This document shows, in pieces, positions 41,110 to 53,200 of a DNA stretch of 64,000 nt. The stretch covers positions 42,596,001 through 42,660,000 of the forward strand of contig NC_087447.1 in the NCBI RefSeq assembly GCF_036321535.1, read 5' to 3'. The stretch comes from Camelus dromedarius (Eukaryota). Made by a program: the position numbers and the translations under genes. The notes under the pieces are model-generated. The model did no database searches, was not told the origin of the DNA, and was given only the letters and a program-made list of their open reading frames with translations. Each line of letters begins with the position of its first letter. Positions within the stretch are counted from its first letter, which is position 1.

Positions 41110-42290
41110 TATATTTTTTAAATTTAATTTTTTATCAAAAAATGTATATAATTTAAAACTTTTTTAAAAACTTAAACTGTTCCTTAATTCTCTTATACTT
41201 CCCTATCATGTCCCCTTCTACTATGCTAGTATTATAATATGTTAATAATAGTTAAATAGCTGTTTTGGATCAAATCAGCATATACTGCTTACGTGGTTGT
41301 ACTATATTCCTATTATTCACAGCCAAGTCAAATAGTGTACTATAATTATGTCTCCTTTCTCATACAAATACTTATTTTTATCAAAATTAATAATTGCCTA
41401 GTTTTTCTTCTTTATTTAATTTTCTATGTAAAATTTAAATCTCCAAGTACCTTAAAACTATAGGTGATCTAGCAGGGTCTTTTTTTCTTCTCTTGGAGAC
41501 ATCCTTCCTGGAGTGCTCTATCCTACCATTTCATTTTGGACTGGTTGCTCTCAAGGCCCACTACACAACCAATATCCTGGACTTTTCCTTCAATACTATT
41601 CTCAGAATTTCCTTTGTTTCTCTTCTCTGTTGGATCCTTTATTTCTTGGATCCTATGCTTTTTTCTTTGTTGTTTTCCCTTGCTTTGGTGGAGCATATCC
41701 TTCAATGTGATACATAGGAAATCACTTTCCTGAGTCTTAGTTGATAGCTTGGCGAGGTTTAGAAATTATGTGCTGTCTGCTTTTCTAAAAGTATTATTCC
41801 GTTGTCTTTTAGCTTCCATTATTACCATTGATTAGTCCTGTACAATTCTGTTCCTAATCCTTTGTATTTGAATCATCTTTTTCTTTTTGAAAGCTTTTGG
41901 AATCTTTGTCATCCATGATATTCCAAAAATTCTTAGTGATGTGAAATTTTGGTGTGGATCTTTTATCTCTCAATATTCAAGGCTCCATGTGAGCCTTTCA
42001 ATCTTTAAACTCCTATCCTTTAATTCTGGCACAATATGGCACTCCACACTCATCTTTAGCTGTTCAAGAAATCTCTTCTAAGCCTAGCCAAATTATCAAC
42101 CAGCCAATCTTTTGATTTACTCTTACAAAAAGAATAAACTTTTGGCATTCTTCCCAGTTGTCTGGGTCAAGTAGGAGTCTTTATACTAATCTCTTTCCAA
42201 CCCTAATCATATCCTCCAACTGTAAAGGTTCTAATACCTCTAACTCCTCAGTTTTTTCAGGGTTTTAGTTTGAGTAGGAAAACTGCTTTT
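41110..42290 (-). mobile_element. HAL1/old L1-related element, antisense
   Basis: The reverse complement of 41500-41570 (tgtgtagtgggccttgagagcaaccagtcca) aligns by eye with 58900-58930 of the + strand copy. Confidence 0.55.
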
Positions 42291-42627
42291 ACAGCTAGAC
42301 CCCCAAGTATAAATAGTTCAAATATAACAGTTTATTTTTTCTTAAGTAGTGGTTCTAGTGTAAAGGTCAATAAGACAGCCCTCTTCCATGCAGTCATTTA
42401 GGAGCACAGGCTGACAGTGGCTTTTCTGTCTTTAACATGTGACCTCCGGGAAGATTACTGTAGGGGTCATCTCCATTCTAGCCAGGCAGAAGAAGAAAAG
42501 AATGTGGAGGAGGGTACACAGGAAGAGCTTTACAGGCCAGGTCTAGAAGTGGTGTGTGTTACTTCTACCCACATTGTGTTTAACAAACTCAGTCATATGG
42601 CCTTGCCTAACCACAGGGAAGGCTGAG

Positions 42628-43280
42628 CAATCCCACACCTGGGCATACATCCGGAGTGAACTCTAATTCAGAAAGACACATGTACCCCAATGTTCATAGC
42701 AGCACTATATACAATAGCCAAGACATGGAACCGACCTAGATGTCCATTGACGGATGACTGGATAAAGAAGTTGTGGTATATTTATACAATGAAATACTAG
42801 TCTGCCATAAAAAAGAATAAAATAATGCCATTTGCAGCAACATGGATGGACCTGGAGATCATCATTCTAAGTAAAGTAAGCCAGAAAGAGAAAGAAAAAT
42901 ACCATATGATATCATTTATATGTGGACTCTAAAAAAAAAAAGACACAAATGAACTTGTTTACAAAATGGAAACAGGCTCATAGACACAGAAAACAAACTT
43001 ATGGTTACTGGGGGGAAAGGCTGAGAAAGGATAAATTGAGAGTTTGAGATTTGCAGATACTAACTACTATATATAAAATAAAAAACAAGTTTCTACTGTG
43101 TAGCAAAAGATATTCAGTATCTTGTAGGTAACCTGCAGTGAAAAAGAATATGAAACTGAACGTATGTATGACTAAAATATTATGCTTTACACCAGAGATT
43201 GATGCAAGACTAAACTGACTATACTCCAATTATTAAAAAAAAAATTAACTGTAATAAAAATGAAGAAAAAAAAAAAAAAA
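42628..43280 (+). mobile_element. 5'-truncated LINE-1 (ORF2 end + 3'UTR + poly-A), inserted into an older LTR relic
   Basis: Typical L1 3' sequence (aatgttcatagcagcactatatacaatagccaagacatggaa; aataatgccatttgcagcaacatggatggacctggagatcatcattctaagt) ending in a long A tract. Confidence 0.92.
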
Positions 43281-46080
43281 ACCAAGAAGGCCAGGAAACA
43301 TAATCTAGGTGTCTGCCCAGAAAGACGAGGAGATCATGGATTTTAATTAGCAGCTGGTAGTTTCTGCCACTCCAGTGTTCCATGAAGTAGAATAATGTGA
43401 AACACTTAGCTTTCTCTAGTCTACATCAGTTAGTAGTTGTTGGTCTGCTTTTTAGATTCTGAAATTTTGTCACCATCTCTTTTGTTGTTGTTGTTGACTT
43501 TACTGTTTTCTTTGTTCTTGTAGGTTTAGACCTTTCTTATTCCTTGACTTTCATTTTAGTGAAATTTTGGTTGGGCGCAGAGGTACATTTGCAGTTACAG
43601 TGTCATTTAAAACATGAGGACATGATTAAATGACCATGGAGAAGCATCTCTGAGATTCATGTGAGTTTATTGGCTGTGAATTTTCAACTCCTGAACTATG
43701 CCATGAATACTTTTAGTTATGGAAATGACTAAAGAGAATTATATGTGCTGACATAGGAAAATGCCTTTCATGTATTAAACAAAAATAGAAAAATTTAGAA
43801 GGGTGTTATAATATGATCATATTTTTATTTATATTTGTAAATTTTGGAGGGATATACTCCTAAATTTAATGGTTGTTATTTGTAGGGGGAGCTGAGAAGG
43901 ATTGAGAGGTTGGGGAGGCTTTCCCTTTCAATTTTATATACTTAAGTGATATTAGAATATTTTACATTGAGCATGTACTATATTTAACCTTTTTTGGTAA
44001 CTAAATAAAAGAATAAATAAAGGAATAGTCAGCAGGGTCAAATGCCCTAGAGAGGTCAGGTAAAGTGAAGACTGGAAAATGTCTACCAGATTTGGAAAGT
44101 AGGAGATCATTATTGGTGTTGTGGGACCAGAAGTGATTTCAGTGAAGAAAATATAGGATATCAAGAAATATATGTAGTGATTTTGGCTTTTTTAAAGACC
44201 ATTTAAGACCAGGGCTGATTAAAGGAGGATGAAGAGTTCAGGAGGCAGGGTCTGAGGTTTTGTGGAGGCGTCTTCTCCCCAAAATATGAGAATTTTGAGA
44301 ATATGTACAGTCTGTGGAGAAAGGGCCTGGTAGGAAAATTCAGAAGAGAGATGACTTCAAGGAAAATGATTTCAGAATTTTCCTCATTTCCTTCATTTGT
44401 CTGGTGATGGTGGACTCCTCTCAGGATTAAGAGTAACCAAGAAAATAGTGTTCAGCAAGACCAATATAGAAGGAAAGCCTCAAACTTTAGATTAAGAGGG
44501 CTCTGTTTAGATGGCCTTTGAAGTCCCTTCCATTCTCTGCAAATCAAAGTTATCTAAGTCTGTCCTCCTAAGTACAGATTTTACAGAAACAAACACCCTG
44601 CTGTAGTATGAATCCAGGCTTATTAGTGAGAGAGAAAAGAATGAAGGATTTCTGTTTCTTTTGCAAAGCAAAGCATTCTTCCAGTGTCAAATCAGGAAAT
44701 CTGACAGAGTTAGCACTTCCTCTAATTCCTTGCCAAGTTAAGAACCTTTTATTTTCTTATAAGTGCCTCTTTCTCCTTTTCCCAAGGATGCTAATTTAGA
44801 ACTGCCTTGCCAAAAATCGGGATATTTTGGGAATCTATTTCTTCTCCTCACCAGGGTTATAGTGAGTCATGGCTCTGACTCCATTCTTCCTCAGGAATCT
44901 GTAAGATGATGGAAAATGAATTTTCTCCAGTTTTACCCGCTTCCCAGGGATGGTTCTAGGCACCTAGGAGTGACTCTCTTCCCCCTAGAATTGGAATGCC
45001 ATCTGGTATGTGTCACATAGAAACTTGGAGTTAGACTCTGTCCTTTTGAGGGATTTTAAATATTATTGTGAACTGGAAATAAGATGCTTGTGCATAGAAG
45101 TTTCTCAGGTCAAATAACCTCTTTTCAAGAGGTAGCTTATACTTTCTGGAGGCCACTTTGGGTAGAAACAGTACAGCATGGATATACCTGCCCTAGGAAC
45201 TCTCCTGAAGCTCTATCAGAGAGCAGACTTGAATTCACATTCCTCATCCTGCTTCCTAACATTAGGTATCCTGGCACAGATATAAGGTCTAATTAAGTCC
45301 CCAGCTTCCTGGTCATTCAATCTCTGCCCCTTTTGTACTCCACTTTTGGCCCATTGAAGAGACAGGAAATGGATGGCAAGCATGTGGCAGGAGGAGGCAT
45401 ATGCTCCTTGAGGTCCAGAGGATAACAGTAAGGATGATTCCTGTGGGTTCTGCCAGGTTCTAAAGTATGTCTCCTAAAAGGGTTGTTCAGCAGGTATGAA
45501 TTCCTGTCTTCCTACCTCGTCCACCCCGTGGATGACTCAGCCCACAGGAGAGCCAGGTCACCAAGGCATATGCATTTGGGTCCAACAGTAAGACTGTGAG
45601 GGAGTGAAACTTGAAATAGAGGTCATGCAGAACTTCTGAAAACCAGTGCTAGGTAGGTTTCTTCAGATTGTGAGAATGAGCTGCCCTTTCTGTAAATCAC
45701 TTGGAAAGATACACTTATTCCACATAGACTAAGGCCACTTGCCTCTTGAAATGCCTTCGTAAAGGGAGGGAAGGCAGCAAGCCCAGGCAGTCCAAATCAC
45801 AAGGGTCCCTCAGTTCTCTTTAGCCATACTCTTTTGGCCCTGCCCACACTGCCCTCTGTTCCCCATTGCTCCTTCATTCACTCAGGGCAGCCTGCTGCAA
45901 ACTGGTTCATAGTATCTGCTCTGACAATACCAATGAAGTCTCTACTTAAAGGAAGAATAAATAAGCAGCAAAGGTATAGCTCAGTTACTTGAGGCTCCTT
46001 CACCTCTGTGGCATCTGGGAGACAATGAGAGAAGGGGGAAATGGCTGTCACTAAGAAGCCTCTGCTTTCTGTTCCTCAAG

Positions 46081-46242
46081 CAACCTCATAACATTCTGCA
46101 GAGACGCCTCATGGAAACCAACCTGTCTAAGCTTCGAAGCAGTCGTGTCCCTTGGGCCTCCAAGACCAACAAACTCAACCAGGCCAAGTCTGAGGGGCTA
46201 AAGAAGTCTGAGGATGATGACATGATTTTGGTTTCTTGCCAG
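46081..46242 (+). CDS. NRIP3: NRIP3 coding exon 2, 162 nt, phase 0-0
   Basis: Boundaries ttcctcaag|CAA...CAG|gtaatg. Translates QPHNILQRRLMETNLSKLRSSRVPWASKTNKLNQAKSEGLKKSEDDDMILVSCQ. Confidence 0.95.
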
Positions 46243-46731
46243 GTAATGTTCTGAGAACAGCTTTTCAAGGGTTTTCTGGAGAGTAGGATTTGGGCCCATT
46301 ATGATCCCAATAATGAAGGCCTCACCTCCAAACTGTGTAGAAAATGGGTCTTATCATGGAATTCATAAATGAATTTTAAGAGGGGCACTCCATGCAACAT
46401 GTATGCAATATTTTCTATGCATGTGCATCTTTATGGGGAAAAGGACCAAATGTTTCATCAGATTTGCAAAGTGGCATGTGATATACACACAGAGTTAAGA
46501 GCTAATTGACATATAGAATGAAACATCTAAGGCCCTTTGGGATCCTCTGTCAGCTCTAGATTCAGCAGGAAAAAGAACCCCTCAAAGGAGACTCAGCAGT
46601 GGGTAAAGATGGGACGCTACCATCCCATAATTGTGAGGATGCTCTCCAACCCTGCCTTTCACATGGCATCTGCAGCTTGCTTCCCTTTTAAGTCTCTGGC
46701 TTCTGTTAAACAGTATGTTTCCTCTCCACAG

Positions 46732-46814
46732 TGTGCTGGAAAGGATGTGAAAGCCTTGGTTGACACCGGCTGTCAATATAATCTCATCTCTTCAGCCTGT
46801 GTGGACAGGCTGGG
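46732..46814 (+). CDS. NRIP3: NRIP3 coding exon 3, 83 nt, contains the aspartic-protease DTG motif
   Basis: Boundaries ctccacag|TGT...CTGGG|gtaagt. Translates CAGKDVKALVDTGCQYNLISSACVDRL(G). Confidence 0.95.
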
Positions 46815-48495
46815 GTAAGTAGCCACTTGTGCTGGAAGTCAGATGTTAATGCACTCTTGGCTTGAATCTGTTCTGAGGCGCAGGCTTTCTATTAACTCCC
46901 ACCAATAAATTTTGAGAAAAGACCTTTGGGCTCTGGAACGAGAACATGTGAAATCCTTGGTTCATTGTGTGCCATGGCCTGATCCTGATTTGTCCCCTGC
47001 CCAGGCAACAGAGTAGAAGGAGCTACCTTGTTGGTATGTATACCCCAGAGAAGTAAAAGCAGGAATGTGGTTGGCCTTAGATTCCTCGAGGTCCATCAGT
47101 AGGCCACACGCCTACCCCAAGAAGATTCAGTCGGAATGTGGAATAGAGCTGCTGTTGCTGCTGGGCCTGAACCATCACAGGGGTGATTAGTGCCTTTCCC
47201 TTCAGCAAAGAATATGTAAAATCAGATCTTACTGCTGCCCCTGCTGGGGACTGGGTGTGAGGCAGACACCTCACATATAGAATATCTTCACTTCTCTAAT
47301 AGCTGGAATTGGGTTCTCCCTCTTTTTCAGAGAAAGCCATTTTGTATCTTTCCTCCTTTTCACTCAATATGTAATTTTATTTCCTTTCTTTTTTCCTTCT
47401 TTTTCTTCCAAAGTACCAGATGGGCTCCGAGGTCTAGCCCAGAATTAGGAGGATCAGTCCAATATTCTTTTCCACTTCGCTAGCCCTAAGTATAACAGAT
47501 CATTTCCCAGCCCAAATCTCTGTATTGAAACAACACTAGGGTAGATATAATGGCCTATTTTAAGCCACTACAAGAAATCCATATTTTTAAGCAGGGTTTA
47601 CATAAGTCTTGATTTGTATAACCCATGACGTCTGCCACATGATCTGTTCCATCTCGTTTCTACCTTCTCAGCCCTCACTACCACTGTGACTCTTTGAAGC
47701 ATTGCTATTTAGGATGGTGGGGTTGACCAGGACACAAGTGCTCCTGTGGGAAGAATTCTGAGCTTTTTTATGTGGTGGAGAGATGAGAGATAGTGCAACA
47801 TGATGGTTCCAGAAAGGCTAATAATGTCCTGGTGCATAATTAGGCAGCAGACTGCCATGATTCCAGAGGAATTAATAACCATCTGTAAAACTGCAATTAT
47901 TTTTCTTTTGGATGGGGTATAACACCAAAGGAGAGGAAATGGAGTAAAGCAGAAGTACTGGCACAGAAAGTCCATAATTAAGTATTTATCTACCAACCCA
48001 TAATAGCTTGGGTGCTGGCTGTTCCAATCAGCTTACATAACCGTGTGAAACCTTGGTGCTGTTCTTTCTCCTACACAGACAAGTTAAAGTATGTAGGACT
48101 CTCTCCACAATATTCCTTGCTGATACCAATATCAGTGCACTTAACAAACAAATATTTGCCTCCACTAACCTTATAACCTGACTAACTGGTGAGAATAGAC
48201 TGAAATAGACAAAGAGAAAATTAGACATTGAACAAAGCATCTTCTAAAATTAGGATTAACCTGTCCTCTCTGAGCTCTGTTACCCACAGATGGGTAAAAG
48301 GATATGTTAACTAAATTGCCTTGCACATAGGTGGGGATATTGGGATGCAGAACAGGATTCTCTGGGTGTGTCAACTCTCATCTTTCACCAATGCAGATAG
48401 TAACATAGCTTTTTGAGAACAGGAGCTGAATCTTAGTTTTTCACATCCCCTGGCATATTTAGGCCAAAGTGCTGAAACAAGAAGTGTAGGTTAGC

Positions 48496-48496
<1 letters not shown>

Positions 48497-48545
<49 letters not shown>
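48497..48545. repeat. (TG)n microsatellite about 115 bp upstream of NRIP3 exon 4
   Basis: Direct observation. Confidence 0.97.
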
Positions 48546-48549
<4 letters not shown>

Positions 48550-48659
48550 AAACCCAGGAAATCCCTGGAAAATTCCAGCTGTGGGTCAGAAGGTAGGCAT
48601 TGCCAGATTCTACCAGAAACCTCTGCCAAGGGGATTCTGGTGTTTCTTCTCTGGTGCAG

Positions 48660-48799
48660 ACTCAAGGAGCATGTCAGATCTCATAAGCATGAAGGAGAGA
48701 AGCTTTCTCTACCCCGGCATCTCAAAGTAGTGGGCCAGATTGAGCACCTAGTGATCACACTGGGCTCCCTCCGCCTAGACTGTCCAGCAGCTGTGGTTG
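48660..48799 (+). CDS. NRIP3: NRIP3 coding exon 4, 140 nt
   Basis: Boundaries ggtgcag|A...GTTG|gtgagt. Translates LKEHVRSHKHEGEKLSLPRHLKVVGQIEHLVITLGSLRLDCPAAVV. Confidence 0.95.
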
Positions 48800-49054
48800 G
48801 TGAGTAGAATTGGGGACTGGACCTATGGACCCCTAAGGTAAACCCTCTCCCTCCTTCCACCAAAGCCTCATGTGATCTCATGCCTGTAAATGTTGACTTC
48901 TTCAAAATCCCAGGTTTCCACTTTTTTGTACTATAAATCTTGTCCCAGTTTTTGCCTTCCAAAGTACCAGATTGGCTCTGAGCTACATTCAAGACGTATT
49001 GAGAATCACTCAGAAAAAGGAGTGTCTAACTCATTATTTAAAAATTCAAGGGAT

Positions 49055-49220
49055 ATACTTAACCTGGTAGGAGAGATACCATGATCACGAGGGTGGTTTT
49101 CCCAGGGTGAGGCTTATCCATTGTACTCCGGATGTGCTGACCCCTGCGATTTCCCCAAATGTGGGAAACTCGACTGCATAATTTGAACACAGTGGGGGAC
49201 TGTGTTCGTGCTTTCCTCTG
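49055..49220 (+). pseudogene. RNU1: Full-length retroposed U1 snRNA pseudogene in NRIP3 intron 4
   Basis: ATACTT(A)ACCTGG...GATACCATGATCACG...CGATTTCCCCAAATGTGGGAAACTCGACTGCATAATTTG...CTTTCCTCTG matches U1 end to end. It is followed by an A-tail and flanked by a 15-bp target-site duplication (TSD): aaaaattcaagggat 49040-49054 / aaaaattcaaaggac 49231-49245. Confidence 0.95.
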
Positions 49221-49528
49221 TTTAAAAAAAAAAAATTCAAAGGACAAGAAAACAAACATTTCTGTGTGCCAGTAAAAATGGCCCCTTTCCATGGGCTAGT
49301 TGGAGGTAGAGGGCAAGATCCTTTTACCCCTTTGCCATAAATCTCTTGATAATTTCCCACCACCTGTACTTTCTCTCATGTACTCTATTCAAGTCTACTC
49401 TACGTTCCTGATTTTTGTCCAAAGGCCTTTGTCCTTTAGAGTTAAAAACACCTGGGGTTGAATCTTGACTCGCTCACCTTTTAACTATAATCATCTGGGG
49501 AGATTACTTAATATAATAAATGCTCAAC

Positions 49529-49581
49529 GGATGTTTGATGGATGGGTGGATGGATGGATTGATGGATGGATGGAAGGAAGG
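49529..49581. repeat. Imperfect (GGAT)n/(GGAA)n simple repeat
   Basis: Direct observation. Confidence 0.85.
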
Positions 49582-49651
49582 TAAGTTGGATAGAACCTAA
49601 GGCTGACTTCTAAACCAACATGAAAATGGTTGAATCTTATTTTTTTATTAG

Positions 49652-49704
49652 AGGACAATGAGAAAAACTTGTCCCTTGGTCTCCAGACTCTCCGATCCCT
49701 GAAG
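49652..49704 (+). CDS. NRIP3: NRIP3 coding exon 5, 53 nt
   Basis: Boundaries ttttattag|AG...AAG|gtagga. Translates (E)DNEKNLSLGLQTLRSLK. Confidence 0.94.
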
Positions 49705-49818
49705 GTAGGACTATTTTACCTTCCCGTTGGCATTTCTTCTCTGAGGTAGGGGTCCTCTTACATGGAGACCCCATAGTGAGATCATTAACAGTGACCAGTG
49801 ATTCGCCTTTGTTTTCAG

Positions 49819-49913
49819 TGCATCATAAACTTGGATAAGCACCGGCTGATCATGGGGAAGACAGACAAGGAAGAAATCCCTTTTGTGGAGACAGTTTCCT
49901 TGAATGAAGACAA
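49819..49913 (+). CDS. NRIP3: NRIP3 coding exon 6, 95 nt
   Basis: Boundaries gttttcag|TGC...GACAA|gtgagt. Translates CIINLDKHRLIMGKTDKEEIPFVETVSLNED(N). Confidence 0.94.
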
Positions 49914-50212
49914 GTGAGTACCCGAATGGGTCAGGTCAAGTCAAATCCATTTGTCATTAAGCAGAGGGGTTCTTGCACAGGATATTGAGTTGTGTACTGC
50001 CTTTGACCTTCAATAATACCACAAGTACACCCTTCCCCATCCCCAGAGTTCACAATCCCATGAAACTCTCTAGCCCACATTTCAGAATGAGCAATGATGA
50101 TACTGCATAGAGTGGTGGGGAGAATGAATAGCTTTTAAACTAAAATTGTGCTTGCCTTCAGCCTGATTTCTCTGACTTTGGTATCATTTCTTCTATTTCT
50201 TTTTCATTTCAG

Positions 50213-50228
50213 CACTTCAGAAGCATAA
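50213..50228 (+). CDS. NRIP3: NRIP3 last coding exon (TSEA-stop)
   Basis: Long polypyrimidine tract, then ttcag|C ACT TCA GAA GCA TAA. The seven exons sum to 723 nt = 240 aa + stop. Confidence 0.92.
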
Positions 50229-53164
50229 CTACAGCCTGCAGCATGTCTGCACGTATGCATACACACCAGGTTGACAGATTGAGAAAACTGGGTTTGAACC
50301 AAATGCCGTAGCAACTTGCTGTGGACCAAGTCCTTCCCTCTAATAGAAGCTGCAGGGGCTCCCTCCCACCCAGACCTCTCTAGACTTTAGCCTGTGCTTA
50401 GAGATCTTGTCTGGTCTTAGCCATTGTTTTTTACTCCTTTGATCACTTAATTTATAGACCTTTTTGACACTGCCAGGTCTCACTTGTGGCCTATTTCTCT
50501 GCTTCTTCCAGGAATTTACTTTTATTAGTCAAGTACAGGGGCTGCCAGGTTCTATTTCTCCATAGGTGTACTTGCTTCTTTTCCTATAGCTAAAATGTAT
50601 GATAAACAGGAACCTGACTTTACCTCCCTTCAGCTGTTTCAAAGGGATGCAGGATACTTACGTCTCAGAATTAGAATTTCTTCTAATTTATTCGTTGATT
50701 TCTGAAGTGTGAATTGATCTGGAAAAGCCCAGAGAGATCATCTAGTCCAACCCTTTCATTTAAAGGTCCAGAGAGGCAAGTGAACTGTCTAAGCCCATAT
50801 ACCAAGTCAGTGACAGAAGGGACCTAGAACTTAGACCTGACAAGCCATGTTCATTCTCCCATGCAGCTCCATTTGTCTTCAAGCCTTGAGAGGAGGGTGA
50901 AGAGGAGGGTTTGTAAACAGGTTAGGGAAAGGATATGCTGCGGGGATGAATGCTAGGAGGATCTGGGTGCTAAGCCCACTAAAAGTCCCCTGACCCAAAC
51001 TGTCATATTTAGGCGTTTATCTTGGTGCCTAAAAGCCATGGGTATCAAGATGAATGAGATGGTCTCTCACCTTGAACTTCTTGGAGGGAAGGAGGAAGAA
51101 GGAACCACAGACAGAAGAACATTAACCAGTCTCTGAGATGAAATTGAAGGCTTCAGTAAATAATCTGAGCATTCTTGTCAGATACTGATACCCCCAAAAT
51201 CCAGTCAGTATTTCTGCCTAGCTGGTTATTTGTCTGCCTCGGACCCAAGTAGCTGGGAACAGAAGTAGGGAAAGAAGATGAAAAAAACCCAGAGCAGGTC
51301 CAAAAGAGAAGGGTAGAATTAGGTGGTGGGAAGGTCTACTTAGGGAATCCTTTCTGGGATGGAGGTCAGGAATGAAACTTTCTGGTTGGGAATTGAGGGT
51401 TGGGAAACTCTAAAGCTCTGTTCTGGTACAAAAAAAGAAGCAGGGCAGGAGCTGGCAGTGGTAAGGACAACTTTTTCTGACTCCCCAATATTTCCTGACC
51501 CCTCTCAAAGAGTTGGAGGTCACAGGGGTTTCCTAAAGCCTTTCTGTTGGGGTGTCAGTTTGGGCACATAGATACCTGTAATGGAATCTTCACTTCAATT
51601 TAGTCAGAGATGTGCTCAGAGAAGTCAGAAAAATCGCCAGCTGTGCATTTCCCTTTAAGAGATTCCCAAGTTGGCCTTTGGAGTTCCTTGAGTATTTAAT
51701 GATCCCACTTCAAACTTTGCCAGGTCTCATCATCAGTCTTGTCTAGTGTTCAGCTACTGTCCCTTCCAAACAGTTCTTTGGAACTCTGAATGTTTTTAGC
51801 TTTACAGAAGCTCCCTAAAGACTGGGAACTTGATGACCCCTATTTGAACAGCTAGGCAGCCATAGTGCAGCCAGTGTCACTGGGTCACCCCCCAGGCCCC
51901 TTATTACCAGCCTCTATAGAGAAAACAAGATGGAAAACTAAGCACAGCCACCACATGGGAGGCCACATCTGAGCTCAGCAGAGGTGATCCCACGTTACCA
52001 GCCTTCCATGCCCCCTCAAACTACCCCCATTTTCTAACATAGGGGTCACCTGCACCTTTCTGTTGAGGTCTCGCCCCTCTCCTCCCTTACCTATCATGGT
52101 ACCACTTTGGCCTGCTTCTTATCCTAGGGCTGAGTTGAAATACTTCTCTTCTCCCTTCTCTAGTTGAAAGTTCCACTCTGAGCCTTGAGTCTTGGCCACA
52201 AGTGAGGCTTGTTGGAAGTTCTTTGGCCTAGTGGATCCTTATTTGGCTTCCCTGTGGGCCAAGTGAGGCCAGGAATTCTCAGGTGCGAGAAAGATGCCAT
52301 TGATTCTGGCCCTTTGAGTTCAGGATTATATGGAGTCGGGTATGATCAGATGGCCATTAGTGATCTTTCTGGCCTCTGAGAATCAGTCAGTGATTTTCCA
52401 ATTTTGGAATAGAGACAACTGGGACCATCTGAGCTTAGGATATCAGAGTCTCACTCAATGCAGTCAAATCATTTGAATTCAATAACCAAATAATTGTGCT
52501 TTAAACCTCAGGCTTGATAGAGGTACCTAAAATGTCTGAAGATAATTATGGGAAGCATCGAGCTTCATTAATCTTTAAATGCTGCCAAGTTGATTTCTCT
52601 GATAGCTCGTATCTCCTCGATATTCATGAGGAAGCACTGGGTCTACGTTTCTGGGGCTGGCTAGATAAGCAGGTAAGGTCAGTTCTTCCCAGAACCCTAG
52701 AAAATTCTCTCTGGCACCTCTGATTGAGAGTGTGGGAAGAGAGTGTCTACCCAGGTCACAATTCCGAAAACAGACAGTAGCAAGGAGTAACCCTATAGAC
52801 CTGTACCCATCTCCTTCCTTATTAGATATCTGTCTCAAATACAAGCAGCTTGAAAAATACTGTCTTTTCGTTTGATATTTCTATGCCTGACTTATTTGAG
52901 GAACAAATGTTTTCTGACTTTTCTATTTCCTTGCCCTGCACAGACACCACCTGGTAAGATTTTCTATTCCTTAGCTCAAAGTGTCTATAGATGGATTGCC
53001 TAGTATGTCAGTTGCCCTCACTCTTGTGTAATAGAAATATCTTTCCAGGCTGGGCATGTGGAGGAGATGAACTGGATTCCTCCCTCCTTCTGTTACCAGG
53101 CCTCTGCATTGGCACTTTATCTGCTCAGTGTTTCTGGCTGTGTTGGGTGTATTTGTGAGATTAA

Positions 53165-53200
53165 TGTAACAATAAAGTGAAATCTTCCCTCTGTGTGCTC
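53165..53200 (+). terminator. NRIP3: Probable NRIP3 poly(A) site: AATAAA at 53171-53176, giving a 3'UTR of about 3 kb
   Basis: TGTA immediately upstream, AATAAA, and GT-rich sequence (ctgtgtgctcgtctg) about 15-30 nt downstream. Confidence 0.7.

Noticed and set aside
49055..49220. Functional U1 snRNA gene
   Set aside because: A-tail and TSD indicate retroposition. No recognisable snRNA promoter or 3' box, and the Sm site and 5' end are mutated.
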